Positions 1 to 11,421 of a stretch of 64,000 nt of DNA are shown in pieces. Position 1 is the stretch's first letter. Each line of letters starts with the position of its first letter. Under the pieces are notes generated by a model. It made no database searches, had not been told where the DNA came from, and worked only from the letters and a program-made list of their open reading frames with translations. A program made the position numbers and the translations under genes. Source of the DNA: an uncultured Gemmatimonadales bacterium (GTDB taxonomy: Bacteria > Gemmatimonadota > Gemmatimonadetes > Longimicrobiales > Gaopeijiaceae). The stretch covers positions 160,001-224,000 of the forward strand of contig CAWGKG010000020.1 in assembly GCA_963823035.1 (NCBI GenBank). Reading direction: 5' to 3'.

Positions 1-71
1 CCGTGGATCGTCGTCGTGCTCGTCGTCGTGCTCGTCGTGCTTTCCATCGTGTCCACGATCCTGGGTGCACC

Positions 72-788
72 ATGGTGGGCGTGAGGGCACCCGCGGCCTG
101 CGGCGAGCCTGGCGCCCGAAGGGAGGGGAACGCCCGAAAGCCCCTCCTCACCGTCCTGGTCGTGGGCGACGAGACCGTGGAGGGGGTGGTCCGCGATGCC
201 CTGGCCGGGCTTGATGCCGGGCTGATCCTGCGGAAGTCCGGTGAGGGCCTCGGCAACGCTCTCTCCGACCCTGCCCTCCGGCTCGGCGTTGTGGATCTGC
301 GCTCGGGCACGCGCGCGGCGCTCGAGCGACTGGACCGGGAGCGACCGGACGTCCCTGTCGTCGCGCTCGTCTCCGCCGGCGCGACGAGCGCGGCTGTGGA
401 CGCCATGAAGGCCGGTGCCGAAGAGGCCGTCGAATGGCCCGTGGGCACGGGGCGGATGGGGGACATCGTCCGGCGGCTCCTCGGCCGCGACCGTCCCGCC
501 GCGGATCGGGAGTACGCGGCGCGCGTGGAGGCGGCGCGCCTCTCGATCCTCGAGCGGACCTTCGCCGTGGCGAGAGCGCAGCTGATGCGTGCCCTGGAGA
601 TCGACGTCCTGCGTCCGGAGGCCTTCAACCTCCTCGGCGTCCTCGACCAGGCGCGCGGCGCGCGCGTCCCGGCCCAGACATGGTGGCGCATGGCGCTCCT
701 TGTCGACGGGGCCTATGCGCCCGCCCGGCACAACCTGACGCGATCCGTCCGACGCCCCGGCCCCTCCGGTCCCCTCCTCCTCCGTTAG
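72..788 (+). CDS. Degenerate response-regulator receiver domain with C-terminal TPR-like helices
   Basis: Receiver-like pattern TVLVVGD...GVVDLR...PDVPVVALVS...AVDAMKAGA; C-terminal PEAFNLLGVL...ALLVDGAYAPARHNL is TPR-like. Start uncertain (ORF open from 3, ATG at 72). Confidence 0.7.
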   Translation: MVGVRAPAACGEPGARREGNARKPLLTVLVVGDETVEGVVRDALAGLDAGLILRKSGEGLGNALSDPALRLGVVDLRSGTRAALERLDRERPDVPVVALVSAGATSAAVDAMKAGAEEAVEWPVGTGRMGDIVRRLLGRDRPAADREYAARVEAARLSILERTFAVARAQLMRALEIDVLRPEAFNLLGVLDQARGARVPAQTWWRMALLVDGAYAPARHNLTRSVRRPGPSGPLLLR

Positions 789-807
789 CCCGCCCCGCTC
801 TCCCGCT

Positions 808-835
808 TTGAGCCGCCCGCCCTCCGGCTTATCGT
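808..835 (+). promoter_or_regulatory. Putative sigma70-type promoter for ktrBA
   Basis: TTGAGC (808-813), 16 nt spacer, TATCGT (830-835) in the intergenic region upstream of ktrB. Confidence 0.35.
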
Positions 836-1042
836 ATCCCGCGGCAACCGAGGCGAAGCCCCCTGAACGGGAGTCGGCACCTGAAAGCTGGTGAGGGACC
901 GGGCGGGTCTTCCCCCTTCTGGGGAGGTGCCAGCCCCTCGAACGAGTACCTCTGGCAGACCCGGAGGACCGGAACGTCCTATCTGCGCCGGCTGCTGACG
1001 CCGTCGCGGCTGCTCGTCCTGTCGTTCCTGGGGCTGATCCTG

Positions 1043-2346
1043 ATGGGCACCTTCGGCCTCATGTGGCTGCCCGGGCTCTACACGGGACCGGGCCTCGGCT
1101 GGATGGACGCGCTCTACACGTCCACCAGCGCGGTGTGCGTGACCGGGCTGATCGTCGTGGACACCGCGACGTACTTCACGACCGCCGGACAGGCCTTCGT
1201 CCTCCTCCTGATCCAGCTCGGAGGGCTCGGGATCCTCACGTTCACCACGCTCGTGATCCTCGCGCTCGGCCGGCGCCTCTCGCTGCACCACGAGGCGGTC
1301 ACGGCCAGCGCCGCGGAGGTCGCGCCCGAGGTGGATTTCCGCCACCTGGTGCGCAACATCGTGCGCTTCACGCTGGCGTTCGAGATGGTCGGCGCGCTGG
1401 TGCTCTTCCTGATCTGGCTGCGCCGCTTTCCGGTCGGTGCCGCCGCCTGGCACGCGATCTTCCAGTCGGTGAGCGCCTTCTGCAACGCGGGCTTCTCCAC
1501 CTTCTCGGACTCCCTGACCGGCTTCCAGGGCTCGCCCATCGCGCTGACCACCATCGGGGGGCTGATCGTGATGGGGGGGCTGGGCTTCCTCACGCTCGAA
1601 GAGTTGCACCTGCGCTGGAAGCGGCGGCACGAGAAGAGCCAACCACGGCTCTCGCTCCACTCACGCCTGGTGCTGGTGGTGACCGTCCTCCTGCTGGTGG
1701 TGGGCGCCGTGCTCTACGCGCGGTCTCGAGTGGAGCAACACCCTCGGCGGCATGTCGATCTTCGACCGGGTCGTGAACGCGACCTTCATGAGCGCGACCG
1801 CGCGCACGGCCGGCTTCAACACCGTGAACTACGGCGCCACCGCCGACAGCACGAACTTCCTCACGATCCTCCTCATGTCGGTGGGCGGGTCGCCGGGCTC
1901 CACGGCCGGCGGGCTCAAGACCACCACCTTCGCCGTCCTCGGGCTGACCGCCTACGCGCGCTTTCGCGGACGGCACACCACGAGCCTCCTGGGCCGGTCC
2001 ATCCCGGACGAGACGGTGCAGCGAGCCATCGGCCTGTTCGTGGTGGGCTTCATCGCGGTCACCACCGGGATCCTCCTCTTCGCGATCGTGGAGCTGCCCC
2101 CGGTGGGCACCGGATCGTCGAGCGGCTTCCTGGGCTACATGTTCGAGGCGGTGAGCGCGTTCAACACGGTCGGCCTGTCCATGGGTGCCACCGGGCGGGG
2201 TGACCGGGTTCGGGAAGGCCCTCACGATCCTCCTGATGTACATGGGCAGGGTGGGTCCGCTGACCGTGGCGGCGGCCATCTCGCTGCGGCGCGACGTGGT
2301 GGGCGAGGAGTTCAGGTACGCCTACGAGGACGTGATCATCGGATGA
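1043..2346 (+). CDS. ktrB: Ktr/Trk potassium uptake membrane subunit (KtrB/TrkH family), frameshifted
   Basis: Motifs TSAVCVTGL, IQLGGLG, SAFCNAGF, RTAGFNT, GGSPGSTAGGLK, FEAVSAFNTVGLS and C-terminal FRYAYEDVIIG-stop (TGA 2344-2346). Indels near 1720 and 2195. The frame continues upstream of 1043 (LTPSRLLVLSFLGLIL), so the true start is probably near 930-980. Confidence 0.9.
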
Positions 2347-2359
2347 GAGGAGCTGCGCG

Positions 2360-3016
2360 TTGAAACGCTTCGTGATCGTGGGGCTCGGCAACTTCGGGGC
2401 GAGCGTCGCCGAGACGCTCCACTCGATCGGGCACGACGTGGCCGCGCTGGATCGGAATGCCGAGCGCGTCGACCAGATGGCGCGAATCGTCAGCCGGGCC
2501 GGGGTCGGCGACGGGACCGACGTGCGTACGCTGCGGCGCATCGGAGCGGAGGACGCGGACGCCGCGGTCATCAGCACCGGGGACAACATCACCGCCAGCG
2601 CGCTCACCGCCCTGGTGCTGCGGGACCTGGGGATCGAGGAGCTCTACGTGAAGGTGGTGTCGCACGACCACGCCCGGCTCATCGAGAAGATCGGCGTCAC
2701 CGAGACGATCTTCCCGGAGCGCGAGTCGGGAATCCGGCTCGGCAAGCGTATATCCAGCGCGTCCCTCCTGAACTACGTTCAGCTCGGGCAGGACTTCGGC
2801 ATCCAGGAGATGGCGGTGCCGTCCGACTGGGTGGGACGCTCGTTGCGCGAGCTGCAGCTGCCGCGCGCGCACGGTATCTCGGTGGTGGCGGTGCACGACG
2901 TGTTGATGGACGCCATCTACCCGGTGCCCGACCCGGACGCGCTCCTGAAGGATTCCGATGCGCTTCTGGTGGCGGGGAGCGACAAGAGCCTGGCCAAGGC
3001 CGCTGCCCTGCAATAG
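2360..3016 (+). CDS. ktrA: Ktr/Trk potassium uptake NAD-binding RCK subunit (KtrA/TrkA family)
   Basis: Rossmann GLGNFG, IFPERESGIRL, C-terminal RCK_C; GAGGAG RBS before TTG; follows ktrB. Confidence 0.93.
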   Translation: MKRFVIVGLGNFGASVAETLHSIGHDVAALDRNAERVDQMARIVSRAGVGDGTDVRTLRRIGAEDADAAVISTGDNITASALTALVLRDLGIEELYVKVVSHDHARLIEKIGVTETIFPERESGIRLGKRISSASLLNYVQLGQDFGIQEMAVPSDWVGRSLRELQLPRAHGISVVAVHDVLMDAIYPVPDPDALLKDSDALLVAGSDKSLAKAAALQ

Positions 3017-3125
3017 GAAATGGCCCCATGGACGTCGAGCCTGAGCAGCCCCGTTTGAACATGCCGGTCGGGAGTCCACCGCGTTACATTGGTGGCAGGT
3101 GGCGGAAGCGTGAGCCACCAGCGGC

Positions 3126-3554
3126 TTGGGATGGAACCGAACCCCAGTGGAGAGCTTCGAGCCCGTGACGACCACGGACGGTGGTACGATCCTCGTCGTC
3201 GACGACGACGAGGCGGTTCTACAGGTCGCGTGCAAGGTGCTGTACCGCGGCGGGTACGAGGTCGTACCCGCGACAGGCGGTCCGCAGGCCCTGCAGATCG
3301 CCGAGGATCGGGAGGGACGGTTCGATCTCCTCCTCACGGACCTCGTCATGCCGGTCATGAGCGGACGCGAGCTCGCCGAGGCGATCGTGGCGCGCTATCC
3401 GGCCATCCAGGTCCTCTACATGTCGGCCTACACGGACGACGAGATCGTCCTCGACGGGCTCAAGACCTCGGACGTGAACTTCATCCCCAAGCCGTTCACC
3501 GTGGAGGGGCTCAGGGACAAGGTGCGCCGCGTCATCGCCCGTCAGGCCGACTGA
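3126..3554 (+). CDS. Single-domain response regulator (receiver)
   Basis: ILVVDDD, LLLTDLVMPVMSG, YMSAY, FIPKPF: all canonical receiver residues present. Confidence 0.9.
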   Translation: MGWNRTPVESFEPVTTTDGGTILVVDDDEAVLQVACKVLYRGGYEVVPATGGPQALQIAEDREGRFDLLLTDLVMPVMSGRELAEAIVARYPAIQVLYMSAYTDDEIVLDGLKTSDVNFIPKPFTVEGLRDKVRRVIARQAD

Positions 3555-3569
3555 CGTCCGGCGGTCGGC

Positions 3570-6500
3570 TCAGCCGCCGCCCCCGCCCGGGTCGCGCCCG
3601 CCGCCACCCGCCAGCTTCCGGTAGTACTCCTCGACCAGCTTCCGGTAGGCGTCGGGCACGTCGTCAGATCCGCTGAGCGCGGCCCTCCGCTCACCCGGGC
3701 CCTCGACCTCGCGGCGTAGCCCGAACTCGAGCCGCTTCAGGGACTCCAGGATCTGCTCCTGGAGCGCCGCGACCTGCGCCGGGTTGTCGTAGATCGGGTT
3801 CTGCTGCAGGCGGCGCATCGCGTCGAGCACGGCGTTCAGCTCGGTCACCTCCGCACCGGCGAGGTTGAGCTGGTTGCGAAGGTCACGCACCTGGCCTTCG
3901 CGCGCTCCGAACTCGCTGCGGAACTGGCGGACCTCCTGGTCCGAGAGCCGCCGCGGATCGCCGCGGGTGGCACCGTCGCCGGAGAAGGGAGGAACCTGGC
4001 CGCCGATCTCCGTCGGCCGGTCCGAGCCACCGCCCGCGGGCTGGCCGCCCTGCTGGCCCTGTTGGCCCTGTTGGCCTTGCTGCTGGCCTTGTTGGCCTTG
4101 TTGGCCTTGCTGGCCTTGCTGGCCTTGCTGGCCCTGTTGGCCTTGCTGCTGACCCTGCTGGCCCTGCTGCTGGCCCTGTTGCTGCCCTTGCTGCTGGCCC
4201 TGTTGCTGCCCTTGCTGCTGACCCTGCTGGCCCTGTTGCTGCCCTTGCTGCTGACCCTGCTGGCCCTGTTGGCCTTGTTGCTGGCCTTCCTGCCCGGTGG
4301 GCTCGCGCAGGCGGCGGTCCATCGCCTCCATCCCGCGCACGAGCTCGCGCGTATCCTCGAGCGCCTTCTTCATCGGATCGGCCTGTCCGCGCTCCCCGGC
4401 CGCGTCCGCCGCTTCGGCCAGCTGGTCGTGCAGCGCTTGCAGGTCCGCCTCGATGTTGAGCTCCAGGGTCGTCGCCGACTCCTTGTCCCACTGCTCGATG
4501 GTGCCGCGTGAGTACTGCAGCTTCTCCTTGAGCTTGGACTCGCGGATCTGATCGGCCGCCTCCTTCAGCTTGTCCGCCGCATCAGGCTGCTCGCTGCGCG
4601 CCACCGACGAGGCACGATCGAGATCCCGCTCGAGGCCCGCGACCGACTCGGTCATCTCGTCCTTCCGATCCCTCAGGCGGGAGAGTCTGGTCGGACCGCT
4701 CCTGTCCCTGCTCGGGGAGCTCGCGCACGTCGCGCTGCACGTCCCGCTGCTGCCGCTGGAGCTCGTCCACGCGATCGAGCGCGTCCTGCGCGTCCCGCTT
4801 GGCGCGGTCCTGCTGCGCCTGCTCGAGTCGGCGGCGCGCCTCCTCCAGCCGCTCCCGGGCCGACGCCGCGTCGGACGAAGCCGCGTTGCCCGACTGCGAA
4901 GCGGCGCGGCGCATGGCGTCCGCCGCCTGCTGTAGATCGCGCGCGGTCTCCTCCAGTTGCGCATCGTTCGACTCCCGAGCCAGGCGACGCAGCTCGCGCG
5001 CAGCCTCCTCGGTCTCCTCCGCCAGGTCGCGCTGGCTGTCGGCGCTCCCCTGGCCGCCGGACTGGCCGGCCTGCGCGCGGCGACGCTGCCGCTCGGCTTC
5101 CTGCTGCTGCCGGCGCGCCAGCTCCTTCAGCTTCTCGAGCGTCTCGTCCACCTGGTCGTCCGCGGTCTGCTGCTGTCCCCGCTGGACGGTCTCGTACTGG
5201 TTCTTGAGCTTGTCGAGCTCCAGCTCGAAGAGGTCGGCGAGCTCGTCCGCGGCGGCCGCTTGTCCACCACCACCACCACCGCCCCCTGCCGACTGCTGCT
5301 GGACCACGTAGCGCTCGTAGGTCTCCTCGGCCTGCTGGAGGTAGCGCAGCGCCGTCTGCTCGTGGGGGAGGGCGTCGCGCAACTGCTCGTCGTCGAGTTG
5401 CGCTTTCGCCTGATCCATCGCCTCGGTCGCGAGCGGGAGCACGGCCGACACGTCGCGGAAGGCCGGGTCGGTCTCCGTGATGCCGCGATTCCCCATCCGC
5501 TCGAGCAGCGTGGCGACCTGACCCTTCAGCTTCTCCTGCGCCAGGGCGACGCTCACGACGTTCTCGCTGAACTCCGTCGGCCCGTACGTGTCGTGCTGGC
5601 GGACCAGGTTGAAGGTCGCGGCGATGATCTGGCGCTGGAGCTCGGAGAGCGCGGTCTGCTCGTTCTGCTGGCCGCCCCCCGGCATCCCCCCCTGCGACTC
5701 GCCCTGACGGTACGTGCGGTCGAATGGACGGATCTGGAGGAAGTAGATGTCGCTGGTCACCGCTTTCGAACCGGCGCGACCCCGGTTGTCACGCACGAGT
5801 CCGTAGTAGGAGACCAGATCGCCCGGGCTCGAGCTCCCACTCCTCGAGGAAGAGCGTGTGGCCCGCCGAGACCTCGGGGAGCGGCGGACCGCCCCCCTCG
5901 AAGATCGAGACGGTGTCCTCGGGCCCACCGTTCACCGAGTAGACCAGGCGGATGTCCCCGATGCCGTAGTCGTCGTCGGCGCGGGCCTCGAGGTAGACCT
6001 CCTCGATCGGTGAGGCCGGCGTGTCCCGGCCCGGCTTGGAGAAGCGGATCGAGGGCTCCTGGTCGTCGAGCACGTCGATGGTGTACTCGGGAGACGCGGC
6101 CACCAGGTCGCCATTGTCCCGGGCGAGCTTCACCGAGTAGAAGCCGCGCTCCGCGACGGTGAACGAGCCCACCAGCGTCCCGTCGCCCTCGGCGGACAGC
6201 TCGGTCGCGTCGTCGCCTCCCATGACCAGGCGGCCGCCCGGCGCGGGAAGCGTGGGGGTGATGCGCACCTCCACCACCGTGCCGGGAAGGGCGGCCACGT
6301 CGCCCCCGTCCTCCACCGTCCGGGGTGAGAGCCCGGTGTAGGAGGGGAAGCGATACGTCAGGTCGAGCCGGTCCACGTACGGGAGGTCGGCCACGTCGAT
6401 CGCGAACGTCGGCGAGCGCACCCCGGAGGACTCGACGAAGTACTGCGTCCGGTCGGACACGCCGATGAGCAGGACCTCGAAGCCCCCCTCGTCGTCGGGA

Positions 6501-7222
6501 AGCATGCTCAAGCGCTGGAAGGACGCGTCCGGACCGCTGCGCGTGAAGACGGAAGCGTCTCCGGCGTCGAAGCCCGCGAGCCGCGCCGTGACGAGTTGAT
6601 CCGTCCCGCGCGCGATCGTGGCGTCGCCGGGCGTGACGCCGATGGCGTACGGGTTCACCGAGGCCGCGTCGCGCGTCGGCATCAGGAGCGCGCCGAGCCC
6701 GTTGCGCAGGTGGGCGGGCCCGAGCATCAGGAGCGCCACGGCGGCCACGGCCACGGCGGACAGGGCGCCCCCGAAGCGGTACAACCCGCCCTGATCGACC
6801 CGGCGCCCGTCGTCCACCCTGTGGGCCTGGTCGAGCGCCGTGCGCACCAGCCGCTCCATCAGGGCCCCGGACGCCCCCGTGGACGGATCGACTTCGAGTG
6901 CGCTGACCACGGCGTGGTCCAGCGAGGGCTCGTGCTCCTCCAGGTAGAGCGCCACCTGCCGGTTCCCGACGCGGCGCATGAGCGGCCGCACGAGGAACCA
7001 GACCAGCGAGAACAGGAGGGTGCCCCACGTGAGGACGCGGAGCCAGACGACGGCGTCCGCCGAGAAGCGCAGCCGCTCGAGCGCGGCCGCCGAGAGGAAG
7101 AGGACCGCGACGGTGAGCGCAGCGGTGATCGCGAGCCCGCGCAACGCGACGCGCGTGCGCCACCTGCGGCGCACGCGAGCCACGAGCCGAACGACCTCGT
7201 CGTGTCTCTGGATGGCGTTCAT
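3570..7222 (-). CDS. Large membrane-anchored coiled-coil protein, DUF4175-like, with Gly/Gln-rich tract; frameshifted
   Basis: Joined from ORFs 5789..7396 (Met at 7222, three hydrophobic helices, Ig-like region with ARADDDYGI), 4582..5928 (Q/E/A coiled coil) and 3570..4964 (ending VPDAYRKLVEEYYRKLA). Indels near 5820 and 4690. Confidence 0.75.
4041..4295 (-). repeat. Coding tandem repeat of GQQ/GQQQ (9/12-bp units)
   Basis: Plus strand shows reiterated tgctggccc/tgttggcct units encoding about 80 residues almost entirely Gly and Gln. Confidence 0.95.
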
Positions 7223-7304
7223 GCATCCTCTCCCGTCCCGTCGTCCATAGTACGCGTCGTCGCCTCGCGCGACCACGGTACCCGCGCCGCCGTACCTCGT
7301 CCTT

Positions 7305-9428
7305 CTAACCGGTCGCCATCCCCGGGGTCCGCGACCGCCGCCGCGACAGCCAGTTGGAGACACCTGTCTCCGCGAGCAGCAGCAGGAAACCCGCAACGAG
7401 CAGGTAGCGCCACAGCGACTGACGGCGTTCCTGCTCGACCCGCGCGAGCGCCGCGGCCTCGAAGGTCGGGCCCTCGGCCGGCCCGACCTCGGGTCCCGTG
7501 AGCTGCGCGACCAGCTCCTCCGGATCCATCCGCGCCAGCGCCGACTCCGTGAGGTCCACGTTCACCGCCACCGTGAACGGCCGCTCCGGCTCGCTCCCCG
7601 GAGGCCGGATCACGTAGAACCCCCGGTCCTCGAAGGGGACATAGCGCGGACCGTCGCCCGCGGGAAGCGCGATGCTCGTGCCCGCCGGGGTGAGCGCCAC
7701 CTGGTCCTCACCCTCGGCGAAGCCGGCCGCCTGTGCCGAGACGAGCCCCGCAGCCTCGAGCGCCCGGGGGTCGGCCAGGTCCACCACCTGCCCGGCGGTG
7801 ACCCAGGGGAGCGCGTCGGCGCGACCGCTCAGGTGCTCGATCAGGCGATGCGCGAAGGGGAGGAAGACGGGCTGGAGCGCCAGGTCGTTCCAGAAGGCGT
7901 CCAGCGTCGACGTCCACACCACCACGCTCCCCTCGCCGCGGTCGGCCTCCGCCATGGCCACCGAGCCGTCGTCGAAGCGCGCGAGGATCCTCGCCGAGTC
8001 CGCCGGCGTGAAGGCGCGGGCGCGGAAGAAGCGGGCGCCACTGAAGTCGCCGCTGCGGGGGCCGGCGAAGATCTCGAACACCTCGTGTCCGTATTCGAGG
8101 AACCCGAGCCGGCCGCCGCGACCCTCCTCGCGATCCTGTACCGGGCCCAGCGCACCCGGGAGGAACCCGGCCGCGGACGCGGGCCAGCTCGCGGCCTCCC
8201 CGGCCACGACCAGGAGGCCGCCTCCGCCCTGCACGAAGTCCTCCAGGAGCTGGGCGGACGCGCCGTCGGAGCGCACGTCGTTCAGCACCACCACGCGCGT
8301 GCCCTGGAGGTCGGCGGGGCGCACGCCGTCGCCCCGGCGGAGGCGCACGGCGAAGCGCCCCTCCGCGGAGGTCTCCAGCGCGCGCTCCAGGTAGAGGCTC
8401 GCGTCGCGGCGGGCCCGACCGCCTTCGATGATCGTCACGGGGATCGAGCTGCCCGGCGACAGGACGAAGTAGCGTGCGTCGTCCCCAGGGAGGCCGTCCG
8501 TGGGCACGCGCACCGTCCCGCGCGTGTGCGGGAGGGAGAGCGTGAAGGGTGCGAACGCTACCACCGCCGCTCCGTCGGGCTCGAGGCGCACCGTTCGCTG
8601 CTGGAGCGCCTGACCATCCAGCTCCAGGGAGACCGGGACCTCACGCGGTGCGTCACCACCCTGGCGGGCGACGCGCACGGTCGGGGTGACGCGCTCGCGC
8701 CCGCCCACCGCCTGGCGGAGGAGCGACACCCCGGCCACCTGCACGTTGTCGGGCACCTCCGCCCCCACCGCCACCGGCGTAACGACCGTGCCCGCGGGGA
8801 GGTGGACCCCTTCGTCTCCGGTCCATCCGCTGCGCTGGAAATCCGAGATCAGCACGACCTCGCCGCGGGGCAGCTCGGACTCCTCGAGGATCGTCTGCGC
8901 CACCTTGAGGGCCGGGCCGTAGCGCGTGGTCCCCGAGCCGACGGAGGCGGTGTCGAGGGCGGCCTCGAGGCGGGCCCGGTCCGCGGTGGAGCGGGCCGCC
9001 ACCCGGGGGCTCTGCGCGAAGAGCACCACGCTGGCGCGGTCGAGCGGCCCGAGACCTCCGAAGACCCGCTTCGCCGCGCCCACCACGCTCGCCCACGTGT
9101 CCCCCACACCCATGCTGTACGATTGGTCCACGAGCACCACCACCTCGCGCGGGCCGTCCAGCCCCATCGCGCCCAGCTCGGTGTCGTCCACGAAGGGGCG
9201 CGCGAACGCGACGGCGAGCACGGCCAGCGCGAGCGCGCGCAACGCGAGGAGGAGCCAGTTCTGGATGCGCCGCCGCCGCTGCTCCTGGAAGGGGATCTTC
9301 TGCAGGAACATCAGCGAGGGGAACGCCACGACGTTGCGTCGTTGCTTCCGCGTCAGGTGGACGATGACCGGGATCGCGATCCCGGCCAGTCCCAGCAGGA
9401 AGAGCGGGACGAGGAAGGTCAGGCTCAT
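7305..9428 (-). CDS. BatA N-terminal domain / vWA domain membrane protein
   Basis: BatA-type N-terminus FLVPLFLLGLAGIAIPVIVHL...FPSLMFL...LLLALRALALAVLAVAFARP; MIDAS DQSYS, T in TTRYG, ISDFQ; C-terminal TM helix LWRYLLVAGFLLLLAET. Confidence 0.88.
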   Translation of the reverse strand: MSLTFLVPLFLLGLAGIAIPVIVHLTRKQRRNVVAFPSLMFLQKIPFQEQRRRRIQNWLLLALRALALAVLAVAFARPFVDDTELGAMGLDGPREVVVLVDQSYSMGVGDTWASVVGAAKRVFGGLGPLDRASVVLFAQSPRVAARSTADRARLEAALDTASVGSGTTRYGPALKVAQTILEESELPRGEVVLISDFQRSGWTGDEGVHLPAGTVVTPVAVGAEVPDNVQVAGVSLLRQAVGGRERVTPTVRVARQGGDAPREVPVSLELDGQALQQRTVRLEPDGAAVVAFAPFTLSLPHTRGTVRVPTDGLPGDDARYFVLSPGSSIPVTIIEGGRARRDASLYLERALETSAEGRFAVRLRRGDGVRPADLQGTRVVVLNDVRSDGASAQLLEDFVQGGGGLLVVAGEAASWPASAAGFLPGALGPVQDREEGRGGRLGFLEYGHEVFEIFAGPRSGDFSGARFFRARAFTPADSARILARFDDGSVAMAEADRGEGSVVVWTSTLDAFWNDLALQPVFLPFAHRLIEHLSGRADALPWVTAGQVVDLADPRALEAAGLVSAQAAGFAEGEDQVALTPAGTSIALPAGDGPRYVPFEDRGFYVIRPPGSEPERPFTVAVNVDLTESALARMDPEELVAQLTGPEVGPAEGPTFEAAALARVEQERRQSLWRYLLVAGFLLLLAETGVSNWLSRRRSRTPGMATG

Positions 9429-10345
9429 CGGACCCGGCTCAGCCGCTGGCGGGCGGAGAGATAGCGGAACAGCGCCATGTCGAGCGGCTTCGACGTGTCG
9501 AGGAGCTGGTAGTCGACGCCGCTCGAGGTGAAGCGGTCCTCGAGCGCCCGCAGGTGCGCGCGCAGCAGCTCGAGATACTCCTCGCGCAGCTTGGCGGGGA
9601 TGATCGGGATCTGCTCGCCGGTCTCCATGTCCTCGAAGCCCGAGGCGTCCTGGAAGGGGAACTCCAACTCCGCCGGGTCCAGGACGTGGAAGACGATCAC
9701 GTCGTGCCCCCGCGACCGGAGCGGCACCACGGCCTCCATCACGGCGTCCGGCTCCTCGTAGAAGTCGGAGATCAGGACGAGGATCCCCTTCCGGCTCAGC
9801 CGCTCCGTGATCGTCATCAGCGGCGCGCGCAGCGAGCCCTCACGACCGGCGTCGGCGCGGTCGAGGACGTGCAGCACGGTGTCCATGTGCTTCATCGACG
9901 GCGGCACGTATTCCACGATGTCGTGGTCGAACGTCACCAGCCCCACGCGGTCCCGCTGCCGATTGGAGAAGAAGAGGAGAGCGGCGGCCAGGTAGCGCGC
10001 GTAGTCCAGCTTCGACACCGCGTGGCTTCCGTAGCCCATCGAGCGGGAGACGTCGAGCAGCACGGCGAAGTTCGCGTTGGTCTCCGCCTCGAACAGCTTG
10101 ATGTAGTGGCGGTCCGTGCGCGCGAACAGGCTCCAGTCGATGCGTCGGATGTCGTCGCCCGGCATGTAGGGGCGGTGCTCGGCGAAGTCCAGGCTGAAGC
10201 CCAGGTAGGGCGAGCGGTGCAGCCCGCTCAGGAAGCCGTCGACGACCGTGCGGGCCAGCAGCTCCAGGTTGTCGATCCTGGCCAGGACGGCGGGGTCGAG
10301 GAAGCGGGCTCCCTTGGAGCCTGAGCGGGCGCGGGCGTGGGACAC
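9425..10345 (-). CDS. DUF58 domain protein (vWA-like MoxR partner)
   Basis: GLHRSPYLGFSLDFAEHRPYMPGDDIRRIDW, LLDVSRSM, LISDF; adjacent to moxR. Confidence 0.93.
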   Translation of the reverse strand: MSHARARSGSKGARFLDPAVLARIDNLELLARTVVDGFLSGLHRSPYLGFSLDFAEHRPYMPGDDIRRIDWSLFARTDRHYIKLFEAETNANFAVLLDVSRSMGYGSHAVSKLDYARYLAAALLFFSNRQRDRVGLVTFDHDIVEYVPPSMKHMDTVLHVLDRADAGREGSLRAPLMTITERLSRKGILVLISDFYEEPDAVMEAVVPLRSRGHDVIVFHVLDPAELEFPFQDASGFEDMETGEQIPIIPAKLREEYLELLRAHLRALEDRFTSSGVDYQLLDTSKPLDMALFRYLSARQRLSRVR

Positions 10346-10349
10346 CGAC

Positions 10350-11384
<1,035 letters not shown>

Positions 11385-11421
11385 GGGTCGTTCTCCCGTG
11401 GGTGGTGGTCTTGCCGCAGGC

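Noticed and set aside
8..47. Short tandem repeat (tcgtcgtcgtgc)n at the window start
   Set aside because: Only about three units; may be the start of a minus-strand gene (MESTTSTTTSTTT) leaving the window. Not a CRISPR or interpretable element.
4062..4511. Leu/Ala-repeat and Cys/Trp/Pro-repeat ORFs on the plus strand
   Set aside because: Antisense readings of the GQQ repeat, not membrane or metallothionein-like proteins.
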